IMG/VR virus record: IMGVR_UViG_3300036945_000802
Reading direction: 5' to 3' (one strand)
DNA from: an uncultured virus (IMG/VR IMGVR_UViG_3300036945_000802)
Taxonomy: Duplodnaviria; Heunggongvirae; Uroviricota; Caudoviricetes
DNA: 64,000 nucleotides
Shown: positions 37,961 to 47,345 of the stretch, one piece after another
Numbering within the stretch: position 1 is the stretch's first letter
Layout of the letters: each line of letters starts with the position of its first letter
Position numbers and translations under genes: made by a program
The notes under the pieces: model-generated
Database searches by the model: none
What the model was told of the DNA's origin: nothing
Seen by the model: only the letters and a program-made list of their open reading frames with translations

Positions 37961-38137
37961 ATGGCTAAGTATCAAGACACAGTAACTATGGTGAATGGCG
38001 TCAAGTTTACTACCTGTGAACCGCGCAAGATCAAAGCAAGTGAACGTACATTCATCAATCGTACAGGCACACTTTGGAAAATTGGTGCACGTAATGCCAA
38101 TCTGATTGCAAAGAATTTGAAAAAAGGAACTGCATAA
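37961..38137 (+). CDS. Hypothetical basic protein (58 aa)
   Basis: GAGG SD; MAKYQDTVT. Confidence 0.55.
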   Translation: MAKYQDTVTMVNGVKFTTCEPRKIKASERTFINRTGTLWKIGARNANLIAKNLKKGTA

Positions 38138-38280
38138 TGCAAGATTGGGGAAAGTCGCATCGTTACATTTTCATCCAACAAACTCGCAGAGAAAAAAGAG
38201 ATCGTGCAATATTCCGCATCTTTGGACTGTTCATTATCTTGTATTTTGGTGGGCATATAATCTATGCCATGTACAATTGA
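38137..38280 (+). CDS. Small membrane protein (47 aa)
   Basis: TAATG overlap, AAGGA SD, hydrophobic C-terminus. Confidence 0.5.
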   Translation: MQDWGKSHRYIFIQQTRREKRDRAIFRIFGLFIILYFGGHIIYAMYN

Positions 38281-38298
38281 CTAAAAGTATGGTATAAT
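38270..38298 (+). promoter_or_regulatory. Early promoter (leaderless)
   Basis: TGTACA-N17-TATAAT; ATG 5 nt downstream. Confidence 0.78.
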
Positions 38299-38303
38299 AT
38301 ACT

Positions 38304-38474
38304 ATGAGCAAAATGGCAGAAATCGCATACGAAATTGAAGACTTGCTACGTCAAGGTTTTAAACCTGTTACCGTTGCAGCTATGTTACATATACCATTGG
38401 AATGGGTACTTAACACCGAAGAGGATCTAATGCACTTGGCAGATCCACGTTCTTTTGGCCCAGATTACGAATAA
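38304..38474 (+). CDS. Hypothetical 56-aa protein (HTH-like)
   Basis: MSKMAEIAYEIEDLLRQGFKPVTVAAMLHIPLEWV. Confidence 0.6.
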   Translation: MSKMAEIAYEIEDLLRQGFKPVTVAAMLHIPLEWVLNTEEDLMHLADPRSFGPDYE

Positions 38475-38477
38475 GAC

Positions 38478-38894
38478 ATGATGGTATATGTTAAACCTTC
38501 GAGGTACATGACTGCTGCAAAGCGGGAAGAGGTGTACAAAGCTGCATCATTATTTCTGAATGAGCTTTTGGATCGCTCTGACAGAAAGGTTGAGGTTATT
38601 ATCTCAGTCAAAGGTGCAGGTCTAGGGAAGAACGTGGATGGTTACTGTTTATGCACAGAAGAATATGATAATGGTAAGCCACGGGAGATCCACGTGGATG
38701 TCCGAGGAGACAAAGGTTTAGACTTCCTTATCAAATGCCTAGCGCATGAACTAGTACACGTCTGGCAGATGATGACAGGTAGAATTGATGAACGTGAATA
38801 CCATGAAACCAACGATCATTGGAATTCACCATGGGAGGTTGAGGCTAGAGAACTCGAGCAACCATTATATGAGATGTACGTACAGAATAGTTAA
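38478..38894 (+). CDS. HExxH metallopeptidase-like protein
   Basis: LAHELVHVWQ...PWEVEA. Confidence 0.75.
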   Translation: MMVYVKPSRYMTAAKREEVYKAASLFLNELLDRSDRKVEVIISVKGAGLGKNVDGYCLCTEEYDNGKPREIHVDVRGDKGLDFLIKCLAHELVHVWQMMTGRIDEREYHETNDHWNSPWEVEARELEQPLYEMYVQNS

Positions 38895-38918
38895 TGTTTT
38901 TTCATAGTAGTAACTTTA

Positions 38919-38946
38919 AAGGGGGCCGAGTGCCCCCTCTTTTTCT
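38919..38946 (+). terminator. Hairpin terminator
   Basis: AGGGGGC-CGAGT-GCCCCCT followed by a T tract. Confidence 0.75.
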
Positions 38947-38954
38947 TATAAATA
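38947..38954 (+). promoter_or_regulatory. T4-type late promoter
   Basis: TATAAATA 5 nt before ATG 38960. Confidence 0.75.
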
Positions 38955-38959
38955 GAAGA

Positions 38960-40054
38960 ATGGCATATACATTCTTCCCTAAATCCGCATCAGAAATCCA
39001 AGCAACACTCAAGGGTGCACAGCAAAAGAAGATTGATGAAATCATGGACTTATTTGCATGGCTTAATGCAAAATTTCCAACAGTTGAAACACCCATTAAT
39101 ATTGATCCAAGTAAACTTGGAAAAGTTAACGTTACACGTGCACTAGAAGGTGATGTTAATTTAGCAGAACTTAAACGTTATGCGAAGCTTTCTTCAGTCA
39201 GTATTAAATTTGGTGCAGGTTCTTCAGGCAATAAAGGTGTAAACAATAGAGGTAATCTATTCGAACCACAATTTGCAAAAGCTTTAGAAGATTGGTGGTC
39301 AGGTGTAAAGATTACTGATAATAAAATGATTACAGCTTTAGAAGATCTGAAAAAAGAATACGATCTTACAGAGTACTCTAACATTAGAGTAGTTCAGGAA
39401 GGTGCACTAAATAAGAAACGTCCACTGGTTTATTCGCCTGATGTTATCATCTCTGCCCCAGGCGGTAAAGCAGATGGAGATATCGGTGCAATCGTTACAG
39501 ACTTGACTTTGATGGGCACAAAAAATGGTAAAGAAAAAGTTGTTGCATATTTAAGTTTGAAGTTGGGTAATACGGCAACATTCTTTAACGTTGGTTTAAA
39601 AACAGTTTTAACGACTGAAGAAATTAAAAGCGGTTTAATTGAGAATGAGAATGGTAAAAAACTATTAAACTTATTCAATATTAAAGCTCCAGTATTTTGT
39701 GATGTATTCAATGGAAAATTGGATAAAGGTTACAATGAAGATGTATGGCACAAAATGGACGGTGCTCAAAAAGTAGCATTAAAAAAATTACTTGAATCAG
39801 GCATCGGTCATGGATATCATGTTATCCATAAACTTTCTGCTGGTATTAAATCTATTAAGATAGATAAAAAATATAAAGAAGCTGCAGCAACTCCTACATC
39901 ATGCGTAGTTTATTACGGCGGTAAAGGTGGAGCAGGTAAGCGTATAGACATCGAGATTGAAACAAAAAAATATAGACTCAAATTAAATATTCGAGACACA
40001 CAAGGACAAGGCGGGTATCCAACCCGTTTAATGGGAGATTTTAGTTACCTATGA
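38960..40054 (+). CDS. Hypothetical protein, possible PD-(D/E)xK nuclease fold
   Basis: GNLFE...VTDLTL...YLSLK; start MAYTFFPK placed after the terminator and late promoter. Confidence 0.5.
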   Translation: MAYTFFPKSASEIQATLKGAQQKKIDEIMDLFAWLNAKFPTVETPINIDPSKLGKVNVTRALEGDVNLAELKRYAKLSSVSIKFGAGSSGNKGVNNRGNLFEPQFAKALEDWWSGVKITDNKMITALEDLKKEYDLTEYSNIRVVQEGALNKKRPLVYSPDVIISAPGGKADGDIGAIVTDLTLMGTKNGKEKVVAYLSLKLGNTATFFNVGLKTVLTTEEIKSGLIENENGKKLLNLFNIKAPVFCDVFNGKLDKGYNEDVWHKMDGAQKVALKKLLESGIGHGYHVIHKLSAGIKSIKIDKKYKEAAATPTSCVVYYGGKGGAGKRIDIEIETKKYRLKLNIRDTQGQGGYPTRLMGDFSYL

Positions 40055-40443
40055 TTACATTCAAAGAATACTTACAAGAAGAACACGGCGCAGGAGAATG
40101 GGGAACTAAAAAGTTAACCAAGAAATATAAGAAAGATACTCCTGAACAATGTGATTGTAAAGAAGAAACAGATCTAGAAGAAGCAGCGATCGATGCTAAA
40201 GGACATAAGTCTTCTACTGGTGGATTAACACAAAAAGGTGTTGATGCATATCGTAGAGAAAATCCTGGTAGTAAATTGCAAACAGCAGTCACTACTAAAC
40301 CTTCTAAATTAAAACCTGGAAGTAAAGCTGCTAATCGTCGTAAATCTTTCTGTGCTCGTATGAGCGGTGTAGATGGTCCTATGAAAGATGAAAAAGGCAG
40401 ACCAACGCGCAAAGCACTAGCGTTAAGGAAATGGAATTGCTAA
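40051..40443 (+). CDS. Putative internal head protein (DUF6321-like basic module)
   Basis: N-terminus MITFKEYLQEE; GGLTQKG...RRKSFCARMSG...LRKWNC. Confidence 0.6.
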   Translation: MITFKEYLQEEHGAGEWGTKKLTKKYKKDTPEQCDCKEETDLEEAAIDAKGHKSSTGGLTQKGVDAYRRENPGSKLQTAVTTKPSKLKPGSKAANRRKSFCARMSGVDGPMKDEKGRPTRKALALRKWNC

Positions 40444-40451
40444 ACATGACA

Positions 40452-41627
40452 ATGAAATCATTTACAAATTTTCTATTAGAGGAAGATGAAGGTGCAAAAC
40501 TAAAGCACATCCATCATGCTGAAGATAGACCATTGTTTCATGGCTCGGAAGGTTTTGAACATGCACATGGCGCTTTACAACAAGCACATGATGCTGTAAA
40601 AGCAGGCGAACATAGTACTGCATTAACTATGAAATATGATGGATCTCCAGCTGTTGTGTTTGGACGTCATCCACAAACTGGCAAGTTCTTTGTTGCATCT
40701 AAGTCTGCATTCAATAAAAATCCAAAGATTAATTATACTGAAAAAGATATTGACGCAAACCATGGTCATGCACCAGGTTTGGCTACAAAATTAAAAGCTG
40801 CGTTAAAACATCTTCCTAAAGTTGCTCCTAAAACTGGTGTATATCAAGGTGATATCATGCATACACCTGACGATCACAAGAAAAATAAAGATGGTAGTGT
40901 ATCATTCACGCCAAACACAATTACCTATACAGCTAAAGGCGAAGAGGCTGATAAAGTTAAAAAGTCTAAAGTTGGTATTGCTGTACACACTAAATATGAA
41001 GGTAAAGATCTTCATACAATGCATGCTACACCTAATGCAAGTCAAGAAGATTTCGAATCACACCCAGATGTGCACTTAAAATCTGCTGAACATGACACTA
41101 CACAAGTGCATTATACAAAAGATCAAGAAGCAGAATTCAAAAAACATATGGATGCTGCAAAAGAGATTCACAAAAAAGAAGGTAAGAAGATGTATGCTGG
41201 CACCTTGAAACATCAAGGCGAAGCTGGTCACTTATCTACATACATCAATCATACTGTGCGTACAGATGAAACTCCATCTGCAGAAGGTTTTGTAAAGCAC
41301 TTAAACAATGTGCATCAGAAACTGGCAGATAAAGTTAAGACTGAAAAAAGCAAGAACGAAAAGCTTTCTGCTGGTGCAGAACACGTATCACACGTTAAAA
41401 AGAATAAAGAACATTACGACAATTTGTTTAAGATGCATCAGCATTTACAAAAAGCAAAAAATACTTTAACGAGTGCATTAGAAACACACGAAGGTGGTTT
41501 AGAACACCACATCGAAGGTAAGAAATCAAAACCAGAAGGTTTTGTTGTTAATCACAAAGGCGAACCAACTAAGTTAGTTAATCGTGCAGAGTTTGCTAAA
41601 GCTAATCTATTGAAGGTAAGAAAATAA
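40452..41627 (+). CDS. KxDG ligase-like nucleotidyltransferase-fold protein (DUF6267-like), putative internal head protein
   Basis: MKSFTNFLLEE; KYDGSP, YQGD, PEGFV and KLVNRAEF motifs. Confidence 0.6.
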   Translation: MKSFTNFLLEEDEGAKLKHIHHAEDRPLFHGSEGFEHAHGALQQAHDAVKAGEHSTALTMKYDGSPAVVFGRHPQTGKFFVASKSAFNKNPKINYTEKDIDANHGHAPGLATKLKAALKHLPKVAPKTGVYQGDIMHTPDDHKKNKDGSVSFTPNTITYTAKGEEADKVKKSKVGIAVHTKYEGKDLHTMHATPNASQEDFESHPDVHLKSAEHDTTQVHYTKDQEAEFKKHMDAAKEIHKKEGKKMYAGTLKHQGEAGHLSTYINHTVRTDETPSAEGFVKHLNNVHQKLADKVKTEKSKNEKLSAGAEHVSHVKKNKEHYDNLFKMHQHLQKAKNTLTSALETHEGGLEHHIEGKKSKPEGFVVNHKGEPTKLVNRAEFAKANLLKVRK

Positions 41628-42247
41628 TGTTGACATTTCAAACATTCCTAAAAGAAGAAGCTGAAGCTAAACATGCAGTATTAGCTTATGGTCGCATGAA
41701 TCCTCCAACAACTGGTCATCTTAAAGTTATCAATAAAGTAACTGAAGTGGCTAAGAAAGTTGGTGGCGAACACCACATGGTTGTATCACATTCTAATGAT
41801 CCTAAAAAGAATCCATTGTCTTCAGAACAAAAAGTTAAGCACTTAAGACGTTATGCGCCAGACGCAAACATCAAAGCAGCATCTAAAGACAATCCAACAA
41901 TCTTTTCTCATGCTGCAGAACTACATAAGAACGGTGTAACGCATCTTCATATTGTTGCTGGTTCAGATCGTGTTGATGAATACAAGAAGAAGTTTAAAGA
42001 ATTAAACGGCAAACCTAATAAAGATGGTAAAGTTCCATTCCATTTTAAGAAAGTAACTGTACATTCCTCAGGAGAAAGAGATCCTGATGCTGAAGGTGAT
42101 GAAGGCATGTCAGGCACAAAGATGCGTGAGCATGCTAAAAATAATGACTTCAAGTCTTTCCGTAAAGGTGTGCCTTCTCATGTATCAGATAATGATGCAA
42201 AAGAACTAATGAATGATGTACGCAAAGGTATGGGACATACTGATTAA
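41627..42247 (+). CDS. HxGH-type cytidylyl/nucleotidyltransferase-like protein
   Basis: GRMNPPTTGH, VAGSDR and MSGTKMR; N-terminus MLTFQTFLKEE. Confidence 0.8.
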   Translation: MLTFQTFLKEEAEAKHAVLAYGRMNPPTTGHLKVINKVTEVAKKVGGEHHMVVSHSNDPKKNPLSSEQKVKHLRRYAPDANIKAASKDNPTIFSHAAELHKNGVTHLHIVAGSDRVDEYKKKFKELNGKPNKDGKVPFHFKKVTVHSSGERDPDAEGDEGMSGTKMREHAKNNDFKSFRKGVPSHVSDNDAKELMNDVRKGMGHTD

Positions 42248-42272
42248 TTAGTACAAAACAATTTGATAAGCT

Positions 42273-42548
42273 ATGAAGTCAAAAGTGAAAACCCATAAGA
42301 AGCAACAAAGACTCAAGACATATGAGTTAGAGCCTGACGAGTGGGTTGAAGTTAAGACTGAGGCTCCAAAGAAGAGATCTTCTATTAGAAAGTACTATCC
42401 AATGAAGGTAGTACATAATAGTTTAGAAGATGAAGCTTACCTTGATTTAGCTCCTCAATTACAAGGCTTAGAGCCAAGTAAGTTTAGGATGACTATCCTG
42501 ACATCTGAAGGATCAGATGATTGGGACTTAGATGATGATGAGATATAA
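42273..42548 (+). CDS. Hypothetical protein
   Basis: 91-aa ORF with basic N-terminus and acidic C-terminus. Confidence 0.5.
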   Translation: MKSKVKTHKKQQRLKTYELEPDEWVEVKTEAPKKRSSIRKYYPMKVVHNSLEDEAYLDLAPQLQGLEPSKFRMTILTSEGSDDWDLDDDEI

Positions 42549-42559
42549 ACTGAAACTTA

Positions 42560-42567
42560 TATAAATA
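42560..42567 (+). promoter_or_regulatory. T4-type late promoter
   Basis: TATAAATA, followed by a 120-nt structured leader. Confidence 0.75.
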
Positions 42568-42688
42568 AGATTACACCAGTTGTATTGAAGAACTTGTAGG
42601 GCTGTGGACTGGTAACCGCCCATAAAAAGCATGTTCAATATTATTATCAACGGTTGGAATGTCTCCAATACGAGGTTAATGGGAAAAT

Positions 42689-43126
42689 ATGATTACGTTT
42701 AAAGAGTATTCGCACGAATTCGATGATGTTGCTGAGTCTGTTGAACTGACAGAGGAAGAGCAGTCTGTACTCAATGAAGTACTAGACACTGCCGCTCGTA
42801 TCAAAAAGAAGCAGCAATTCAAGCGTCGTTCAGCACGCATTCAAATGGCTAAGAAGATCCAATCGAGACGCTTAGCTAGCAAAGACCGTCTCACGGCAAG
42901 AGCAAAACAAAGAGCACGCAATCTGCTTATCAGACGCCTTTATCAAGGTCGTTCCCGCTCAGAAATCCCAATCGCCCAAAGAAAACAAGTTGATTTGAAA
43001 CTTTCGAAAATGAAAGGTTCAGTTAAGCGTATTTCAAATAAACTATTACGTCGTGTGAAACAAGAAGATATCGCTAGAAAGAGCGGTAAGAAACTTGGTA
43101 AATTTAATATGGGAAGCGGTATATAA
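42689..43126 (+). CDS. Very basic putative internal head / DNA-binding protein
   Basis: MITFKEYSHE, acidic propeptide with VAE/LTE/LNE sites, then an Arg/Lys-rich body. Confidence 0.65.
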   Translation: MITFKEYSHEFDDVAESVELTEEEQSVLNEVLDTAARIKKKQQFKRRSARIQMAKKIQSRRLASKDRLTARAKQRARNLLIRRLYQGRSRSEIPIAQRKQVDLKLSKMKGSVKRISNKLLRRVKQEDIARKSGKKLGKFNMGSGI

Positions 43127-44046
43127 TGAAACAGTTTAAAGAATATTTGAAGGAATCCACTGGTAAAGTTACTATCACCTTTGGAAATTTTAATCCTCCA
43201 AATATCGAACATGAGAAAGTCATTAATAAGGTGCATGAAGTTGCACAAGGTGGACCGTATAGGATCTACACAGCACAAGAATGTAATGAAAATTTCCCAT
43301 TAGATTATGGTACAAAAGTAAAGTTTATGCGCAAGATGTTTCCACGTCATGCGCGTTCTATCATTAGCGATGCAAAGATCGTAGATTTGTATGATGCACT
43401 AGATTCTTTGTATGAACAAGGTTATACACAAGTAAATCTTGTAATGCCTAATGTACCTACACAACTGGTTGAATCAGTTAATAAAGATAATAAGTCTCGT
43501 TATAATTTTAAGTCCATTGATTTTATCTCCGTTGATACACACAATATCGACGCTAAAATAGTTGAGTCAGTTAAAGATAACAACTATGAGTTGTTTAATA
43601 AATTTTTGCCATCGACTATTAAAGAAGGACAGAAACTTTTTAATGCCATTCGTTTAGGATTGGGATTAAAAGAAACATTTAATTTTAGACAACATATCCA
43701 GTTGCCAACATTGTCTAAAGAGCGTGAAGCGTATGTGAGCGGTGAACTATTTAAAGTTGGTGATGTTGTTGAAGTGAAAGAATCTAAAGAGATCGGTCAG
43801 ATCCAACGATTAGGTTCGAACTATGTAATCATTGAAACCTACGAAGGTATTAAGCAACGTAAATGGTTGCGTGATGTCATTAAAGTAGAAGAAGCTGTCA
43901 TCAATCAAATGCTTGAAAAGATGGGCAATCCTTGTTGGACTGGTTATAGTATGGAAAAACAAGGTAAAACATTACCTATAAATAACAAAAATAAAACAAA
44001 ACTTAAGTCCTTCAAAGAAGACTTATCAACATTCGATGGGAAATAA
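43126..44046 (+). CDS. Degenerate cytidylyltransferase-like paralogue with KOW-like and CWxGY modules
   Basis: MKQFKEYLKES; GNFNPPNIEH; FKVGDVVEV; NPCWTGY. Confidence 0.65.
   Translation: MKQFKEYLKESTGKVTITFGNFNPPNIEHEKVINKVHEVAQGGPYRIYTAQECNENFPLDYGTKVKFMRKMFPRHARSIISDAKIVDLYDALDSLYEQGYTQVNLVMPNVPTQLVESVNKDNKSRYNFKSIDFISVDTHNIDAKIVESVKDNNYELFNKFLPSTIKEGQKLFNAIRLGLGLKETFNFRQHIQLPTLSKEREAYVSGELFKVGDVVEVKESKEIGQIQRLGSNYVIIETYEGIKQRKWLRDVIKVEEAVINQMLEKMGNPCWTGYSMEKQGKTLPINNKNKTKLKSFKEDLSTFDGK
43977..43984 (+). promoter_or_regulatory. T4-type late promoter
   Basis: TATAAATA upstream of 44049. Confidence 0.6.
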
Positions 44047-44048
44047 AA

Positions 44049-44303
44049 ATGAGCGAAAGAATTCTTAAGCTTTTAGGTACTGAAGCAGCATTATCAACAG
44101 CTACAGCTTTAAGCGGTGCACAACTAGTACGCGTTTATAATGATACAGCTGGTGCAGTATTGCTAACAGTAGCATTAAGTGGTAATACTACAGGTACAGT
44201 TACAGTTAAAGCTGGTGATGTAGTGTTCGTACGCAAAACTGCAGCAGAAACTATTGCAGCTGCCGCTGCGGTTAAAGCAGTATCAGTTGCATTCGGAGAT
44301 TAA
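44049..44303 (+). CDS. Small Ala/Val/Thr-rich virion-type protein
   Basis: Late promoter upstream; beta-rich composition. Confidence 0.6.
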   Translation: MSERILKLLGTEAALSTATALSGAQLVRVYNDTAGAVLLTVALSGNTTGTVTVKAGDVVFVRKTAAETIAAAAAVKAVSVAFGD

Positions 44304-44305
44304 TA

Positions 44306-45967
44306 ATGGCTAAGACACTAAGACAACTATTAGAAGCTAAATACGTTTCTTCTGCAGATTTTGTTTTATCTGCATCAGGCCGTAAAGTTCACAAGCGTAA
44401 GAAGATCGCTGATGATGATTATAATAAAGAAAATGATCCTGAAGCAGGTGAAAACGACAATGATGATGTAAAAGAAAGCGCAGTTCCTGCTCATATGAAA
44501 GGCAAACAAAAGCCTTATGTTTCTTCAGATGGCAAAGGCAATTACGAAGTACTTGGCAACACGGGTCAAACTAAAGCTGAATTCTCTCGTAAAGAACATG
44601 GTAAAGATGCTCATGCTAAAGCTCAAGCACATTTAAAATCTAAATATGATGAGTACATGAAAGAAGAAACCGAGATTGACGAAGGTGTTAATAAGTCAGA
44701 TGTTCCAGCATACTTACGTAAGAAGACTGGCGATAAGTTAACTACTCAAGACTTAGACAAAGAACGTACACAGAATCGTTCACATCCAGAAACTATTAAA
44801 AAGATTAATGGTACTGAGATGAAAGAACAAGCACCAGTTGCACCATCAATTGGTGTACACAGAATTGGTGTTACTGTTTCAGATTCTGACCATCCAGCAG
44901 TTACTAAGCGTAAAGAACTTATTCAAAAGTTTGTACGTGTAACAGCGCATGACAAAGATCGTGCAATTGAAATTGGTAAGAAACACTTTGCGAAAAAAGG
45001 TTGGAAAGTACATGATGCTTCCCATTCAGGTATGGTTCATGAAGAAGCAATCAACGAATATTCTATGGACGATGTTCGTAAAGATGCAGCAGATCATATA
45101 AAGAAATCTATTGATAAGCAATCAGATGATCGTATTGCGGCTCTTAAGAATCCTCCAAAGAAAAAAGGTTTCTTTGCTAGAGTTGGTGAGAAGCAAATCA
45201 ATATGGTTAAAGGTGCATATCACGGTTTAACCAAAGAAGAAGTTGAATTAGAAGAAGCTAAAGACAAAACAGACAAGCGCTTTGATCTATTAGCTCGTCT
45301 TGGTTTAGTTGAGAAAGATGAACTTGCAAACCTTCGTTTGGCAATGAAGACTCTTTCAGAAGATAAACAACTATCAATCAAACAACGTGATCTATTATTA
45401 AATGTATATGAATCATTAATTAGTTTAGTAACTGGTGATGATACATTGTTCTCTCGCATGAAGATTAAAGTGCAAGAAGAAATGTTACACGAGAAAAAAG
45501 ATAGCGATAAAGGCGAGTATGACTACGAAGGTCAAATGGCTCGTACTCAATTACAAACTATCTTACGTAACTCTGAAGATTTAGTCGACATGATTGAAGA
45601 TGATGAGAACATGCCTGAATGGGTTCAATCAAAGATTACATTAGCACAAGACTATATAACAACTGTAAGAGATTATTTGCAATCAAAAGAAGAACTTGGT
45701 GAAGAAAGTAAACTTGAAGAAGAAGGTTTAAAGGATGCATGTTGGAAAGGTTATACTGCCATTGGAATGAAAATGAAAAATGGCAAGAAAGTTCCTAACT
45801 GTGTACCAAAAGAAGGTGTTGAAAATGTACCATTCGACGGACCATACACAAAAACTCCAGATAGCGTTAAAGATAAATCAGGTGCAGAACACACACCACA
45901 GTCAAGAGCTCGCCACTTAGCACGCTTAGCTATGAAACAAATAGCTAATAAATCTAAAAAGGCGTAA
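44306..45967 (+). CDS. Multi-module putative internal head polyprotein
   Basis: MAKTLRQLLE; repeated (L/I/V/M)xE linkers; CWKGY...VPNCVP module. Confidence 0.6.
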   Translation: MAKTLRQLLEAKYVSSADFVLSASGRKVHKRKKIADDDYNKENDPEAGENDNDDVKESAVPAHMKGKQKPYVSSDGKGNYEVLGNTGQTKAEFSRKEHGKDAHAKAQAHLKSKYDEYMKEETEIDEGVNKSDVPAYLRKKTGDKLTTQDLDKERTQNRSHPETIKKINGTEMKEQAPVAPSIGVHRIGVTVSDSDHPAVTKRKELIQKFVRVTAHDKDRAIEIGKKHFAKKGWKVHDASHSGMVHEEAINEYSMDDVRKDAADHIKKSIDKQSDDRIAALKNPPKKKGFFARVGEKQINMVKGAYHGLTKEEVELEEAKDKTDKRFDLLARLGLVEKDELANLRLAMKTLSEDKQLSIKQRDLLLNVYESLISLVTGDDTLFSRMKIKVQEEMLHEKKDSDKGEYDYEGQMARTQLQTILRNSEDLVDMIEDDENMPEWVQSKITLAQDYITTVRDYLQSKEELGEESKLEEEGLKDACWKGYTAIGMKMKNGKKVPNCVPKEGVENVPFDGPYTKTPDSVKDKSGAEHTPQSRARHLARLAMKQIANKSKKA

Positions 45968-45969
45968 GT

Positions 45970-46338
45970 ATGGCAACTAAATTAGACAACGAAAGAATTG
46001 CTAAATTGGAAACGCAAGTCGAAGGCATCAAAGAGGATGTAGCTGCCGTGAAAGAGGATATTAAAGAACTTCACTCTCGTATTACCACAGGTAATCGTGA
46101 GATCGTCGAAAAGATCGAAGATATGGACAAACGTTTAGAAGAAAAGCTAAACAAGTCTGCGGAATCTGCACGTCTACAACATCAACAAATGCAAACAGAA
46201 ATTAAACATGACGTTGTTAAAATTTCCACACGTGTTGAAATATTAGAACGTTGGAAATGGATGATCGTGGGCGGTGCCATAGTAATCGGATATTTAATCG
46301 GTCATGTCGACTGGTCAACACTATTAATCATTAAATAA
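45970..46338 (+). CDS. Coiled-coil protein with C-terminal transmembrane helix
   Basis: Heptad-rich N-terminus; WKWMIVGGAIVIGYLIG. Confidence 0.65.
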   Translation: MATKLDNERIAKLETQVEGIKEDVAAVKEDIKELHSRITTGNREIVEKIEDMDKRLEEKLNKSAESARLQHQQMQTEIKHDVVKISTRVEILERWKWMIVGGAIVIGYLIGHVDWSTLLIIK

Positions 46339-46339
46339 T

Positions 46340-47323
46340 ATGGCACAAAATAAATTACTAGATAAACGTTTCGAAGTTGTCATGCTAGCTGATGACGAAG
46401 GGACAACTGTATCTTCTGCAAATCCATTGCCAGTAACACTAGGTTCTGATACAATTACTATTACTGGCAGCGTCAACGTTGGAACAGTTGTTCAAGTAGA
46501 CAGTTCTGACGAAGATCCTGTTCACGCTCATATTTGTGGGATTGATCTAGCTGGAGGCGCTATACCAGTTTCTCAATCTGGTGAATGGACTATAAAATCA
46601 GAGAATACAAAACAAGGTAAATTGTGGTCACAGCAAGTAGCTGAAGGCACCGTTGCTGGTACAAAATTCATTCATATCGCAGGTTATAATCCTGATATTG
46701 ATTCACCTAATGCGCCTGAAACAATCGGTGGTGTTGGTGGAATATATCCATGGTCAGCGCTAGGTAATACAGCTAATACAGTTTATTTTATTAGTACTTC
46801 TGCTAGCGACGTCGGTTGTCAATTCTTAGTTGCAGGTCTTGATGGAAGCTTCAATGAACAGACTGAAGTAATTACTCTTAATGGTACAACTGCTATAACA
46901 GGTACAAAAACTTGGACACGTATTAATAATATGACAATCGCTGGTTCAGCAATAAACGTAGGTACTGTTACTGCTAGATTAACAAGCGGTACTGGCACCA
47001 TCATTGATTTAGTTGATATAGGTGAAGGTTATAACGCTACTGGAATTTATACCATTCCTGCTGGCAAAACTGGTTACCTTATGGTAGGTGATGCATCTGT
47101 TAGTAAAGGTGATGACGTTACTATTAAAATGTATGTACGTGAATATGGAAAAGCATTTCGCTTAGCTCACATTGCTGAAGCATACGAGAGTTTCTATCGA
47201 TATGATTTTCAGATTCCGATTCCATTGGCCGAAAAAACTGATATTGATGTCAGAGCATTAGCGTATGTTGATAACACTAGAGTTAGTTGCAATTTTGATA
47301 TCGTCTTAATTGATAACGAATAA
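46340..47323 (+). CDS. Putative virion structural protein (beta-rich)
   Basis: Gly/Thr-rich with a YTIPAGKTGY motif; late region. Confidence 0.55.
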   Translation: MAQNKLLDKRFEVVMLADDEGTTVSSANPLPVTLGSDTITITGSVNVGTVVQVDSSDEDPVHAHICGIDLAGGAIPVSQSGEWTIKSENTKQGKLWSQQVAEGTVAGTKFIHIAGYNPDIDSPNAPETIGGVGGIYPWSALGNTANTVYFISTSASDVGCQFLVAGLDGSFNEQTEVITLNGTTAITGTKTWTRINNMTIAGSAINVGTVTARLTSGTGTIIDLVDIGEGYNATGIYTIPAGKTGYLMVGDASVSKGDDVTIKMYVREYGKAFRLAHIAEAYESFYRYDFQIPIPLAEKTDIDVRALAYVDNTRVSCNFDIVLIDNE

Positions 47324-47345
47324 ATAAACAAAAAAGGAAATTAAA

